Positions 38,598 to 51,894 of a DNA stretch of 64,000 nucleotides are shown piece by piece. The first letter of the stretch is position 1, and every line of letters begins with the position of its first letter. The stretch comes from Octopus bimaculoides (lineage: Eukaryota). Where the stretch lies: the NCBI RefSeq assembly GCF_001194135.2, contig NC_068981.1, positions 12,992,195 through 13,056,194 of the forward strand, given 5' to 3'. The notes under the pieces were generated by a model. The model saw nothing but the letters and a program-made list of their open reading frames with translations. It searched no databases and was not told the DNA's origin. Both the position numbers and the translations under genes were made by a program.

Positions 38598-39292
38598 CTG
38601 AAGATTACTTTAACACAGTATATTTCATTTTACTGTAATTGAAAAATCAATTAGTTTATTGCTTATTGTGATGTTTGGAAGTGTTGTCTTCAACATGGGT
38701 TGCCATGGACCGATTTCACATTGTAGGAAAATAATGCAGTACTAATTGACATGATAACGTCATGGTGCGCGATTGGTTTAATTCAATTTAATGAAACAAT
38801 AGTAAACTAAGCAATAAACGCAGTCAGTTAACTCTATTCTTCGAGTTTCTTTCGTTATAAAGGGTGTCCACAAAGTGTGGGTATATGGGATTAACATACT
38901 TTTAAACAAAAGCAAAAAGTGAAAATGATTATTTCTTATATATGATTGTTAATGTTACAATTTTACTTACTCCATGTACACAGACTTGATAGATGTCTCG
39001 TGTGTTTCCCGTGCCATGACTTCCTAGAAGATCTCCCTATTTTTACCCTTCGGTACAAGTGCGTCCTGAGGCACGCTCCTGAATTATTCATTCCAGTTCA
39101 CACTCTATATATGTTTATGGCCAGAACAGTGAAAAATGAACTTAATTGCATAGAAAGAAGACGACATTAATTTATAAATATTTCTCAAAATCTCTCTCGA
39201 AACAATAACGGTGTCAGACATTAGATACTAACAGTGATATATATTTGTATACATACATATATACATAACCACACACACACATACAAACACAA

Positions 39293-39341
<49 letters not shown>

Positions 39342-39902
39342 TATATGTATACATATATATATATATATATGTATNNNNNNNNNNNNNNNNNNNNNNNNNN
39401 NNNNNNNNNNNNNNNNNNNNNNNNNNNNNNNNNNNNNNNNNNNNNNNNNNNNNNNNNNNNNNNNNNNNNNNNNNNNNNNNNATATATACATACGTATATC
39501 CATATATATATATGTGCTTATGTATGTATGATGTATATACTTTCTTCTGTAATTCTTTTTCCCTTTTAGAAAACTTTTCCCAGTATAGGCAAGTATCTAT
39601 ACAATTATATTTTCTACTATTTAGCCTAATGTTTGAAATAAAAAGTAATTTTCATAAGCAAATCGGTTCAAGATTCATAGCATAATTATATATAAAAATG
39701 GTATTTATTTGCATCGTCAAACTGAGTTTTTGATGCAAGAGGCAATTATACACAGACATATACACTCCTATATATATTCAACGTATCTATACAAACGCAT
39801 CCATGCGCACACAATACGCACACACACACACGCACTCACACACACATATATATAAATTGTACATGAAATTTAGAAACATACAGGTTCATATAAAAATGTG
39901 TG

Positions 39903-39964
<62 letters not shown>

Positions 39965-40111
39965 NNNNNNNNNNNNNNNNNNNNNNNNNNNNNNNNNNNN
40001 NNNNNNNNNNNNNNNNNNNNNNNNNNNNNNNNNNNNNNNNNNNNNNNNNNNNNNNNNNNNNNNNNNNNNNNNNNNNNNNNNNNNNNNNNNNNNNNNNNNN
40101 NNNNNNNNNNN

Positions 40112-40185
<74 letters not shown>

Positions 40186-40789
40186 ACGTGTGTCTCTAGT
40201 GTAATATATTTGTATATGTACGTATATTTATTCTAAGTTCGGGAAAGAAAACTAATAGACAAATGAGAAAACACTTAATATGATCTTAAATAATTCATGA
40301 CAATGTCTCTAAAACTATAATCTGTTCTGTTTTTCTCTTCAATTCTTTCAGCTTCATGTAATTTAAAGTCCGCAGTATTCATCGTATAACTTTCCAAAAT
40401 ATATTACGTTACCTTCCTTTTTCTAAATTCAATCTGCCTTCTTGGTATTTCGGTAAAGGTTAAGTATCGACAATTCCTCTAATATTTTTTGTCTAAATGT
40501 ATATATTTTTGTCATTATATTTATATGTATTATTCATGTATTTTATCAAATGCAAATTATAGCGAAAAACTAATTTCTGTTATGGAAACCTAAATTTTCT
40601 AAGCACATATATGAATAATCTCACACCGAGTCATATACACATTTAGAATATCTTTACATTTATATATAAATTTTTCCTTCTTTCAAGCTATCACGTATAC
40701 TAACCGATATTTATCTTATATTAAGTTTTTAATATCTCATTTAGTTTTCTCTGCATATAATTATCTCTCTCCCCACTCAGTATCTCACT

Positions 40790-40835
<46 letters not shown>

Positions 40836-41199
40836 TCACATAGTATTGTGTGTATGTGTATGTGCGTATACTGCATATTGTTGTATGCATGACAGTGCNN
40901 NNNNNNNNNNNNNNNNNNNNNNNNNNNNNNNNNNNNNNNNNNNNNNNNNNNNNNNNNNNNNNNNNNNNNNNNNNNNNNNNNNNNNNNNNNNNNNNNNNNN
41001 NNNNNNNNNNNATATATATATATATATATATATATAGAAAGAGAGAGAGAGAGAGATTGGCATAAATAAGTATATATGTATATATATATATGTACACAGA
41101 AATAATAAAATAAATAAGCAAACTTATAACCATTGAAATTTATTTAAATCTGAAATTATTCATTCAAAATATTTATTAATTGTTATCATGTGGATATTT

Positions 41200-42341
41200 A
41201 ATATCTATTAGACATGCCTTTTGTATTTTTCAAAGCAGGGACCCTATTATGCATGTTACTAATCAAATGACAATAATCTCTTGTGGAATTTCTTGCCAAA
41301 TTTTACGCAGTAGTCCGAACATTTCTGGCTTTGAAGATGCTTTTTGTTTCTTTTTATGCAGTGTCCTATCCAGTATACCCCAGAAGTGTTCAATAGAGTT
41401 TATATCGAGTGAGTGGTTTGGCCGTGGAAGCTTTTTAATGTCATTCTCATTCAACAAGTCGTGGGTCATTTTAGCCGTGTTACAAGGTGCCTAATATTCC
41501 ATAAATAAGTATTCTTTAATCATTTCGCTACTCGAGAAATTTAGTAGGAGACCTTACTGCAATATGGACATATATTTACATTAGTTTATGTTTCCCTCAC
41601 ATTCCATCACCTCTAATCTATCACTGCTCCAAATTGCTGCCTAGACCATTACAGAATAGCTGCCATGTTTCATTGTTGTTTGCAAACTTTTATCATCAAA
41701 TTCGCGATCACAGTGTCGCCAAAAAACTGTCTGAAAATACAGCACATCTAGACTCATTAGAGAATATAACTGTGTCCCAAAATGCTAGTGGCCTCTTCAC
41801 TATCTCACTGGCCCCATTTTTACTCCGCTTGATTTTGGCTGGTCGAAGAAGTGGCTTCCGTCTTGCTGCTCTACCATAGTAGCCAAGTTTGTGAAGATAC
41901 CTGACAGCTGTTCTGGGACTGGGACTGATATCAACGTATTCTGCTATGTCACGCGCTTTGCAATGAAGATTATCCTCCATACTCCTCTTAACAAAGAGAA
42001 GGGTCCTGTCTGGGGGCTCTGGTTAATTTCGGTGAGGTGATGTGGATCTCTTCCTCTCTCTGGTGATTTCCACAATCACTATATTAACTGTAGAAAGCTG
42101 GATTACAAGGTTTTCTGCGATTTTACGTTGAATACCTCCACCTTCCGAATGATCCAAAATATGGCCTTTTTGAAATTCAGACAGTTGCAGAGCTTCTTTT
42201 GTGCGTGGCATTATTAAACAGTCACATATAGAACATGAAACATAAAATAGTCAATTAATAAAACTTATAAACATTTATAAGTTAGAATAAACATAAAACG
42301 ATGTTTTATGAGTTGTCAATTTACTTCTGTCACACCTGGTA
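41200..42341 (-). mobile_element. Tc1-like element, near full-length transposase pseudogene (DD34E type)
   Basis: MPRTKEALQLSEFQKGHI, ARRKPLL, WDTVIFSNES (SDES motif), TTMKHGSYSVMV and PNHSLDINSIEHFW (SPDLNPIEHLW motif). A TIR-like taccaggtgtgacag lies at 42341. Confidence 0.9.
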
Positions 42342-42734
42342 TATGCGTGTGCGCATGAGTATGTTTATTATGTGTCTGTGTGCGCGCGAACTGGCGCGCT
42401 TGAATGTGTTAAAACAACGGGAAACTGACAGAAATAATCCAGAACGTTCCTTGGTTTGTATTTGAGCAACATAGACAAATATTTCAAACTTTATACAACA
42501 TAAAGTTTTGCTTTTTTAAGAGGGTTGGCTGACTATGAAGCAATGACGTCAGAGCATGAATTTGCATGCCTCAAATTCAACGCTTATTATAGATAACCAC
42601 ATTGTTTTTTGATCGTCTAAAACGATATCTGACTGTCAAAAGAGAACTTCAAATGAAGTCTTGAAAAGTTATTAGTTCCGACTTCAAAGAAAACTTAAAA
42701 AGAAATTAGTAAAGAATTCTCTTGGAAAAGGACA

Positions 42735-43779
42735 AAATTTTACATGTGGTTATCAAGTTTCTGCTGAAGAAGTGTTAGACCCTCAAGGCTATCAATGCTG
42801 GCATGGATGTTACATTGGAGGTTTACGCTCCACCTTTATGAACAGTGCAAAACTGGAGAGCCGAATTTAGGAAGAGAGAGAGAGAGAGAGAAAGAGATTT
42901 GAATATGGCCCAAGATGTAGACGTCTTGCAATTGCTATCACATATGAAAACATTGTCACAGGAGAATATCCCGTGAGTGAGATAAGAATATTCTGCACAA
43001 TGGTTTTGGTGTGACGAAGGTTTCTGCTCTGTGGGTGCCAAGTCTCCTGACACCTGATCAAAGCGCACCAGTGTGATCCCATCACAGGAAAATCGGACAT
43101 AATTGAGACTGATTCAACCGGTTTCCTTTGAGACTGATTCAACTGGTTTCCGTGTTGGCTTCATCACTTTGAGTCAGCTACAAAGACACAATCCATGCAA
43201 TTTAAACAATCTCATTCACCCGCTCCACAGAAGTCCAAGGTCGTTTCATCTGTAAGCAAAGCGATGGCTTCAACATTAGGGAATATAAAGTATATTGTGT
43301 TTATTGACTTTCTTCAAAAGAGCCCCACGATAAACGAAGTGTACTATGCCAACTTGCTGAGGCAGTTACGAAAATCTATCAAAATCAAATGTCGAGGAAG
43401 ACTAACGAAAACGTCTGTTTTATCAGTACAATGCTCCAACAAAAGACCCTTGTTTTCAATGGCTACCGTGCTTGGCTGTGGATTTGAATTGGTTGATCAC
43501 CAACCCTATAATCCTGATTTGGTCTCATCTGACAATCCTCTGTTACCCAACATGAAAATCACCACTTGTCAGGGAACCAGAATCTCAGTGATGATGACAT
43601 CATATCTGTTGTTGACTTTTATTACCAACAAAATGAATGATTATTCATTAATAGGATACAAACACTGCAACGCCGATGGAAAAATAGCGTGGACAATATG
43701 AAGGATTGTAGAAAAATAAATGGTCATATGCCATGGGAATATCCTGTCCAACATATGAAATTTCCCGCCGATCCTTGTA
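42735..43779 (+). mobile_element. Mariner transposase pseudogene
   Basis: CWLHHFESATKTQSMQ, VFIDFLQKSPTINEVYYANLLRQLRK and FELVDHQPYNPDLVSSDN (YSPDLAPSD motif). A 25-bp tandem duplication at 43103-43151 lies at the site of the first catalytic Asp. Confidence 0.9.
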
Positions 43780-44210
43780 AAGTTTGCAGTATCTCTAGAC
43801 GAAATATCATAATTCCCAAATTGAGAACAATTCCATGTGAGAAGGTGATACACTTTCAAGGACCATGAATTTTCGGAAGTTAATATGACTTTAAGAAAAA
43901 AGACTATGTTTGTTGTCTGAAGATAAGTCATCTATGGACACGTCTTCAGGAGTGGTTCAAAACTGCCATTTGATTATTGTTACATACCCGCTTGAGGGGG
44001 AGATAATTTGAATGAAACAAACATTGAAACTTTATTGAATTCGTTATATATGTATTGCATGTTTTTCATATAAATACCGCATTCCCCTCTAAGTCATGTC
44101 TCTCAGCTCAATTTTGTTTAACTTAAGCACATTGCCTTTCACATAGATGCTTTCAACTATTTTTCTATATGAACAAGTCTCCAGTGTGGAGTTAATTGGT
44201 CATGAATATT

Positions 44211-44255
44211 GTCTTGCTGATGAGGCTTATTGACGTTGAAACATATGTACACGAC
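44211..44255 (+). ncRNA. Type I minimal hammerhead ribozyme-like motif
   Basis: GTCTTG-CTGATGA-GGC-ttattgac-GTT-GAAAC-ATAT-GTA-CACGAC. The core is intact, stem III is palindromic (ACATATGT), stem I forms 5 of 6 pairs, and stem II has two G-U wobbles. Confidence 0.7.
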
Positions 44256-44529
44256 TCTTCTTTTAACCACACGCAATTCGCTCATCATCTTTCATAATGG
44301 CAAGTCAACAACAAATAATTTTAGAATTTTGAAATTTGAAAGGATTGTAATTTTAATAAATTACCATTTCAGTCATGTAGTTTTCATAACTTAAAAACGA
44401 CTTGGAAAAATGGATTTCTTTAAAACGTTTTCTGATAAATTCAGCCACAGGTATTGCATGAGAATGCATACATATGATAGCTAATTGCATGCATATTGTT
44501 GAAATTATATATGTGGAAATCATGCATTT

Positions 44530-45420
44530 ATCAGCATCATCCGGCCGTGAGAAATTCTTGCTAAACGTGCTCTTCCCAGAATTCCTAGCTCGTGTTTTGG
44601 TCTATGCATTGCTTTTCGGTTTATCCCACGTTATCCATGCCAACTTTAATTTGTCAACATGTGCGTCTTCACTAGCATATTTCTGCTGGGTTCCGATCCA
44701 AATCATATGTTACAAGGTCCATAGAATCTTGTAAAAGTATGATCTCTTCATCTCTTGAAAATTTGCAGCAGGATACGCCTTAAGAGGCACTTTGTTTTCT
44801 CGGGATTTTTAAAAATGTTTATTCGATTTTGTACTCAGCGTTTTACCTTCAGCTCTCTTACTCACGATTCCTAACCATTTTCCATCTGGATATTACTAGC
44901 CTACCCCATTTATCATTACGCTTCAATTAGTTTTTCTCTTTCTGTGATTGATAGCCTATACGAATTTTAATGACCCTTCTGAGCAAATATTAACAACCTT
45001 AATGAGCAAATACATTCTCACCAGCTTTTCAGTTCGCTTGATACTTTTCAAATTATTATTCGAATTTCTTGAATAGCTTTATAGGGGAGGAAACACTCTA
45101 GTTTATTCCGTTGCTTGTGTTGATACTGCTACGGCTGTTAATGTCTTTTTCATTGTTGTTTTCTTGTTTTATCCAGGTAGCCTTAATTAAGAAGATTTAT
45201 AGCATGGACGTATTCGACCAAATGATTTTTAGCATTTATTTCCCATTTTCAATACTCCACATACAAAGTGAATCTGGTCCATTTAGGAATACAGTGTGTT
45301 TCATGTTCAGGAGAATATTACTTCAGCATCATTATCTCATTGTAACTTCTTCTACTGAGAAACACACTCATGTATGTTCATGTGCAGAATTTTACTGTAC
45401 TTTCGGTTCTCTGTTTTTGT
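44530..45420 (-). mobile_element. Heavily decayed LINE relic, clade uncertain (possibly L1/Tx1-like)
   Basis: Scattered motifs NGPDS (PGPD-like) and AWITWDK/MHRPKHELGIL (W..W.K...PK..GGLGI-like). Confidence 0.3.
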
Positions 45421-45557
45421 TGCTTTTCGTTACCAACAGAATTTTGCGTACGTATTCACAAGGATTCCGGTTAGATATGTCACTCTAATAAATTCCTAGC
45501 CATATACAGGATACCTACAAATAACTGAAGAACAAATATTTTTCAAACACAAAATAC

Positions 45558-45619
<62 letters not shown>

Positions 45620-46382
45620 NNNNNNNNNNNNNNNNNNNNNNNNNNNNNNNNNNNNNNNNNNNNNNNNNNNNNNNNNNNNNNNNNNNNNNNNNNNNNNNNN
45701 NNNNNNNNNNNNNNNNNNNNNNNNNNNNNNNNNNNNNNNNNNNNNNNNNNNNNNNNNNNNNNNNNNNNNNNNNNNNNNNNNNNNNNNNNNNNNNNNNNNN
45801 NNNNNNNNNNNNNNNNNNNNNNNNNNNNNNNNNNNNNNNNNNNNNNNNNNNNNNNNNNNNNNNNNNNNNNNNNNNNNNNNNNNNNNNNNNNNNNNNNNNN
45901 NNNNNNNNNNNNNNNNNNNNNNNNNNNNNNNNNNNNNNNNNNNNNNNNNNNNNNNNNNNNNNNNNNNNNNNNNNNNNNNNNNNNNNNNNNNNNNNNNNNN
46001 NNNNNNNNNNNNNNNNNNNNNNNNNNNNNNNNNNNNNNNNNNNNNNNNNNNNNNNNNNNNNNNNNNNNNNNNNNNNNNNNNNNNNNNNNNNNNNNNNNNN
46101 NNNNNNNNNNNNNNNNNNNNNNNNNNNNNNNNNNNNNNNNNNNNNNNNNNNNNNNNNNNNNNNNNNNNNNNNNNNNNNNNNNNNNNNNNNNNNNNNNNNN
46201 NNNNNNNNNNNNNNNNNNNNNNNNNNNNNNNNNNNNNGAGAACTGCACTGTATAACACGTTAATTATATATTAAAAGAAAATACGTAGTCTACCGTACAT
46301 GTGTAAACAAAGAATGGCCCATGTTTTACGGAAAACGAAACTCGGAGGCACTAATTGAGAATGATTCCCCCCAGACACAACA

Positions 46383-46425
<43 letters not shown>

Positions 46426-47169
46426 GATTATCATTTAGATTAACCTTGTTATATCTAACTTTTCTCTGTGTTATTTCTATGCTATAACTTCCTAACTACC
46501 TTAAACGTCGACGTGTTTTATCTTCCATTGTCAGTCTTTTATAATTTGTCTGATAAGTGGATTAAAGAAGTTCAGAACATTCTGGCTGAATTTGTAATTC
46601 GGGCAATACATCTGGCATTTAATTCAGATATATTCGTGTATTGAACGGCTGATAATTTCTCTTCATGTGTATGTGTTCAATGTCGGCGTATTTTTCATTT
46701 CGTCTCAGTGTTTCATTTAATCGAAAGTTAGTAGAGATGTTTTGTATATCCGATATGTACATATTACTAAAGATTTCGATTTCTTTCAAAAAAAAACACG
46801 TCTCGACGGCGTTAATATATTGGTTCCACTCAATGTAAATTGGCAGCAATAAACAGTGGCAAATATATCCCCGTCGCTGAGAAAACAAGACTGCGAAGTT
46901 TTGTAAAGTTTGACGGATATCGCATTTTTATATTATTCCGAATTGAATATATAGAATTAAAAATAAACATTACTAAACGTCATCAGAAAGAATCATCAAA
47001 AAGAAAATCTCTTTCTCTTTCACATTATATACACATGCATATAAGCAGATATATACAAACATATGTAGATATGCATACACCAACTACAGGTAAATACAAA
47101 AGTAGATTACTTCTCACAAAAATCTATCAATGCTCTATGCAAAAGAACGGAGTGTATGTGCATATGTGT

Positions 47170-48690
47170 GTCCGAAGCACCTCTGGTATCCTCCTAAAAG
47201 AAGACCATGGGAGCATTAGTAACACAACTGCAAATAAGTTTTTTGAGCTTCCTTGCAAGGGATCGAAATGACAGAAAGTTGAAGGAGGGCTTAATATGTC
47301 TTATCCATAAAGGGGTGGGTAGAGCAGATGTTAACAATTATAGGCCTCTCTCTCTAACCTAAAATGTCAGCAATGTCTTGGGACTCATTGATAAGTAATT
47401 GATCACATTCCTAGAACATAATGACGTCCTCCCTGGCACTCAGTATGACGTCTGTTCAGGAAGAGGCTGCCAAACACTGCTTTCACATCATTATGACTGG
47501 ATGTTGAAACGGCAACTGAATCAATCAAATGTGGATGTGATACATCTCAATTTTGCAAAGAACTTTTATAAAGGTGTTCATATAAGGTTGTTTATAATAA
47601 GTCTGTTCATATAAGGTTGTTTATAATAAGTCTGTTCATATAAGGTTGTTTTATAAGGTTATTTTATAAGGTTGTTCATATATATCATCTGCAGGCTGGC
47701 CATAGCAGGAAAACAGTGTGAGTCGTTACCTGAATTTTTGAATTAGAGGGTCTAGGCTGTAGCAGTCAAATGGCTCCTCTCCAAGTAGACATTGATACCT
47801 GGTGGATAGCCTCAGAGAAATGTCTTCAGGCCGATGCTGTTTTTGGTGGCTCTGTCAGACACGCCATCATTTATACAATACCCAATCTCTCTGCCTACGC
47901 GGATGTTACAAAATTAGCAGAAGTAGCCAAGAACCCACTCGATTCTAATCTTCTACAGAAATATTTGTATGCCATATACAAGTCGGTTGAAGTTAATAAT
48001 ATACTGTGCAATGCATCATATTTCTAAGTCCCCCCCCCCACTATCAGCCAATTTTTTACTTCCAAACATACTTTGAATCAACGTGCAGCATTTCCAGAAA
48101 CAAACATAGTGCTCGACATAGGGACTCGTATCTGCATTAAGCGTAATTTCTTGAATATATCGCCAATACGGTTTCAATGTACCAGAGAGTGGCCGCATGG
48201 ATTCTGAGATCAAGGATCTATGTTGTCCGTACGGAGGGCATTTTTCCTCAATTGTTTTGTCTGCTGCTCTCTACTATGGTCGGATTAGACTGTAGAACTA
48301 GTAGCAGAAGTCGAGGTCGTTCAGCGGTGCGACACCAGGAAGATTACAACAGTGAAACACTTGAAATATCGGGAGAAATTAAAAGAATTGCAACTCTTCC
48401 ACCTTGAGGTGAGAGATATGGAATGATGTGCATTAGAGATCTAAGAAGGTCTGGCAACAAACTTTGACATCGATTGATACATCAGCACCGACGTTGGACG
48501 TCATAGTACTCTTTCAAAAGCCCCATCCATCCCACCTAGTATAAGGACAACGTATTCCAATATCTTGGGTATTTAAGGCCCATAGTTACTTAATATCTTC
48601 CCCAAAATCTAATATATTCTCATACTGGGTTGGGAGTTAGATGTGTTCAAGACAATTTAACCTCACTGACCAAGTTGCTACATTACGGCA
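47170..48690 (+). mobile_element. CR1-type LINE RT relic
   Basis: LICLIHKG...NNYRPLSLT, QSNVDVIHLNFAK and AYADVTKL, with the 3' region resembling 33440-34410. Confidence 0.85.
47575..47681. repeat. 29-bp minisatellite (~2.5 copies) decaying into 12-mers, inside the CR1 relic
   Basis: tgttcatataaggttgtttataataagtc begins at 47575, 47604 and (partially) 47633. Confidence 0.9.
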
Positions 48691-49469
48691 AGAAATTCAA
48701 AAGAAGCCAGGAATATCAAATTCCATTCTCCACAAAAAGTAATCACAATTGGATAACCCTCCTCCACCAAAAAGAAATCATAAAAGAATGACCATTTCAA
48801 AGTTAATGGCACTGGAGGTGCACAAGCACAGCAACATATTTTCGAATGAAACATTTTAAAGAATATGTATATATGCATATACATGTGCACACAATCACAG
48901 CTGCGCATGCACACACACATATACACATACGCATGTATTGAAGCAAAATTAAACCAGCATATATATAAATACGAACATTAACACATACAAATATGCGTGT
49001 ATGCATTTATACGTGTCTGTATGTACGTACGAATGTACGTATGTATGTGTGTATGTATGTATGTATTTATATATATATATGCTTGTACACCTGTATATTT
49101 CGGCCGCTTATATCAGTTTGGCTATGTAATAATACATATATTATTAACTCCATACACGGTACAGCAGTATTAAGCTCTAAAAATATGAAGTTTAAAACAT
49201 TTAATCTTGTGCTATGGTTTTGAGCATTTGTGGCATAATTGTCTTACGATGGATATTAAGATACTCTTGGAATAACAGCGAATTATACAGTGAAGTCATG
49301 TATTGCAGCATTGAATAAGGGTTTACTTGAAAATTTTAAAGAATGAATTGCATGATTTGAAACCCTTTATTTGTCCAAATGTAAACATGAATATATTTCC
49401 AACCATGGCAGAAAAGTAAGCGCTTTTAGATACAGGAGGGAATGTTAGCAAATAATTCCAGGTTGTATT

Positions 49470-49640
49470 GGTTTCAAATTTTGGCAGCAGGAACAAATCG
49501 GTAACATCGCTTCCAGTGTTCAACTGCCTCGTATTCTATAGACCCCGAAAGAAAGAAAGGCAAAGATGACCTCCGCGACATACTATATCGGCCCGAGAAA
49601 ACAAAATGGATGCGGTAGTACGTATTTATGAAAAAAGCAG
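49470..49640 (-). mobile_element. SINE fragment
   Basis: gtttcaaattttggcagcagg...ccagtgttcaactg...gaccccgaaagaaagaaaggcaaagatgacctc. Confidence 0.65.
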
Positions 49641-49969
49641 TTACTAAACACAGCAAGGAACATCACTAGACAAATTTTAAAAAATTATGAATAATAGAAT
49701 TATACTGACAAATAAGTATTTTTTCATAATGATTTTGGTTTATGTCGTTTTAGATACATATGAGGTGTTGCCACGGTAGCTTGATGAGCGACACAATGCA
49801 AAAATATTACTTCCCTCGTGTAATGAAATTGTACAAAATAATATTAATATGGAGATTTAAAGTATATGATTAAATAGTACACATACATCAATATAGTGGC
49901 TTACACATATACAGACGCACATTTACACATATGTGTACACACACACACACACACACACACCCACACCCA

Positions 49970-50007
<38 letters not shown>

Positions 50008-50641
50008 GATAATAATATCGACAGGTAGTATTTTTGAAATTTAACAATATGGTTTTAATGAAATAAAATTATATTATTACTTTTCCATTGTATTTGAATA
50101 CAAATCGAGAATTTTCTAGTAACACAAAGGAAACAAATTAAAAGGATGAAATAAAGGATCGATAATACTACACAGAACTTTTTTTTTTTCCAGCGTTTTA
50201 GTAGCACGAAATCCTGTTTAAGTGATATGAAACATTATCCACTACGAGCTTTAGTTCATGTTAACAAATCATTGCGGATAGAAGAGTAGAAAATCTGTGA
50301 AAATCTCTATACAATATATGTATTTTTTTGCGTTTTGTCCTCTTTATTTCACCAGGCAACATTCATATTATGACGACCTCGCAGAATTGTAATATCTACG
50401 GAAAAATGCTTTATATTATATATTCTTCCTTTGTAGATTTTGAATTCAAATCCCACCAAAATTAAATCATACTTCCATTCATTGACACGTGATATAATTA
50501 ATGCTGGTCAAATACCGTTTTGCATGGTATCCACTAACGACAAACACCCAAAATTCCATAATTTGTAATTTTCTTTTTGCTTAAATCAGGAACGGATATA
50601 TGTACTTTACATTTCTATTTCTTAATATTCTTTTTATTCAG

Positions 50642-50838
50642 TGTTGAACGTAAAGATACATACCTTAAAATTACCGTGTGTTTCGAACATACAACATCTA
50701 CGTTAGGTTGCCTTTGGCCTAAAAAGTAACAAAAGTATCGTATGATTGTAGAAAAGAATTGCAACTCATTGCGAATATAATTGTACAAACAGTAGCAGAG
50801 CAAACAAATAGAATGTTCAAACATTCAATGTTAAACAA
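50642..50838 (+). pseudogene. Possible decayed Ig-like exon
   Basis: A strong acceptor tttcttaatattctttttattcag is followed by phase-1 LNVKIHTLKLPCVSN. A shifted frame reads LWPKK*QKYRMIVEKNCNSLRI*LYKQ*QSKQIECSN. Multiple stops are present. Confidence 0.3.
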
Positions 50839-51516
50839 GTTTTTTTTTTCTTGGCTTGATAGTTCGATAGGATTTACGGATCAAAAGAAAACGAGGTATT
50901 TCATTTGTAAAATAAATTCAATTAATGTCAGATTTATATACATACATACATATACACATATTATATATATNNNNNNNNNNNNNNNNNNNNNNNNNNNNNN
51001 NNNNNNNNNNNNNNNNNNNNNNNNNNNNNNNNNNNNNNNNNNNNNNNNNNNNNNNNNNNNNNNNNNNNNNNNNNNNNNNNNNNNNNNNNNNNNNNNNNNN
51101 NNNNNNNNNNNNNNNNNNNNNNNNNNNNNNNNNNNNNNNNNNNNNNNNNNNNNNNNNNNNNNNNNNNNNNNNNNNNNNNNNNNNNNNNNNNNNNNNNNNN
51201 NNNNNNNNNNNNNNNNNNNNNNNNNNNNNNNNNNNNNNNNNNNNNNNNNNNNNNNNNNNNNNNNNNNNNNNNNNNNNNNNNNNNNNNNNNNNNNNNNNNN
51301 NNNNNNNNNNNNNNNNNNNNNNNNNNNNNNNNNNNNNNNNNNNNNNNNNNNNNNNNNNNNNNNNNNNNNNNNNNNNNNNNNNNNNNNNNNNNNNNNNNNN
51401 NNNNNNNNNNNNNNNNNNNNNNNNNNNNNNNNNNNNNNNNNNNNNNNNNNNNNNNNNNNNNNNNNNNNNNNNNNNNNNNNNNNNNNNNNNNNNNNNNNNN
51501 NNNNNNNNNNNNNNNN

Positions 51517-51552
<36 letters not shown>

Positions 51553-51578
51553 GAATGTGTGTAAGCGCGCCTATGTAA

Positions 51579-51609
<31 letters not shown>

Positions 51610-51894
51610 TACAATTCGTATTTAAATTTTTTTTTTCAAAATACTATAGGATTTTGATGTTACAGAATACAAGAAGCAAACGCACATTTATTAATCGAAG
51701 TAGTCTTTGCTTGAACTCATAGCCATAACGTAATTATGTGATTCACATAGAGAAGCAGGTTTTTACCTGCACACACTATATATACACATTTATACAAACA
51801 TAATCAATATATACTGACTTATACAGGAATTACATTAAAAACAACGCAAAGTACACACAAACTAATCTACACAAACACGCACCCATTCATATAC

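Noticed and set aside
47575-47681. Short direct repeats considered as a CRISPR-like array
   Set aside because: The repeats are head-to-tail with no unique spacers, the context is eukaryotic, and no cas genes are present.
3745-51625. Long ORFs in the track spanning N runs (e.g. 3745-4578, 15014-16036, 31180-32415, 45496-46258, 50759-51625)
   Set aside because: Their length comes from N-gaps and flanking (TA)n/(CA)n, so they are not evidence of genes.
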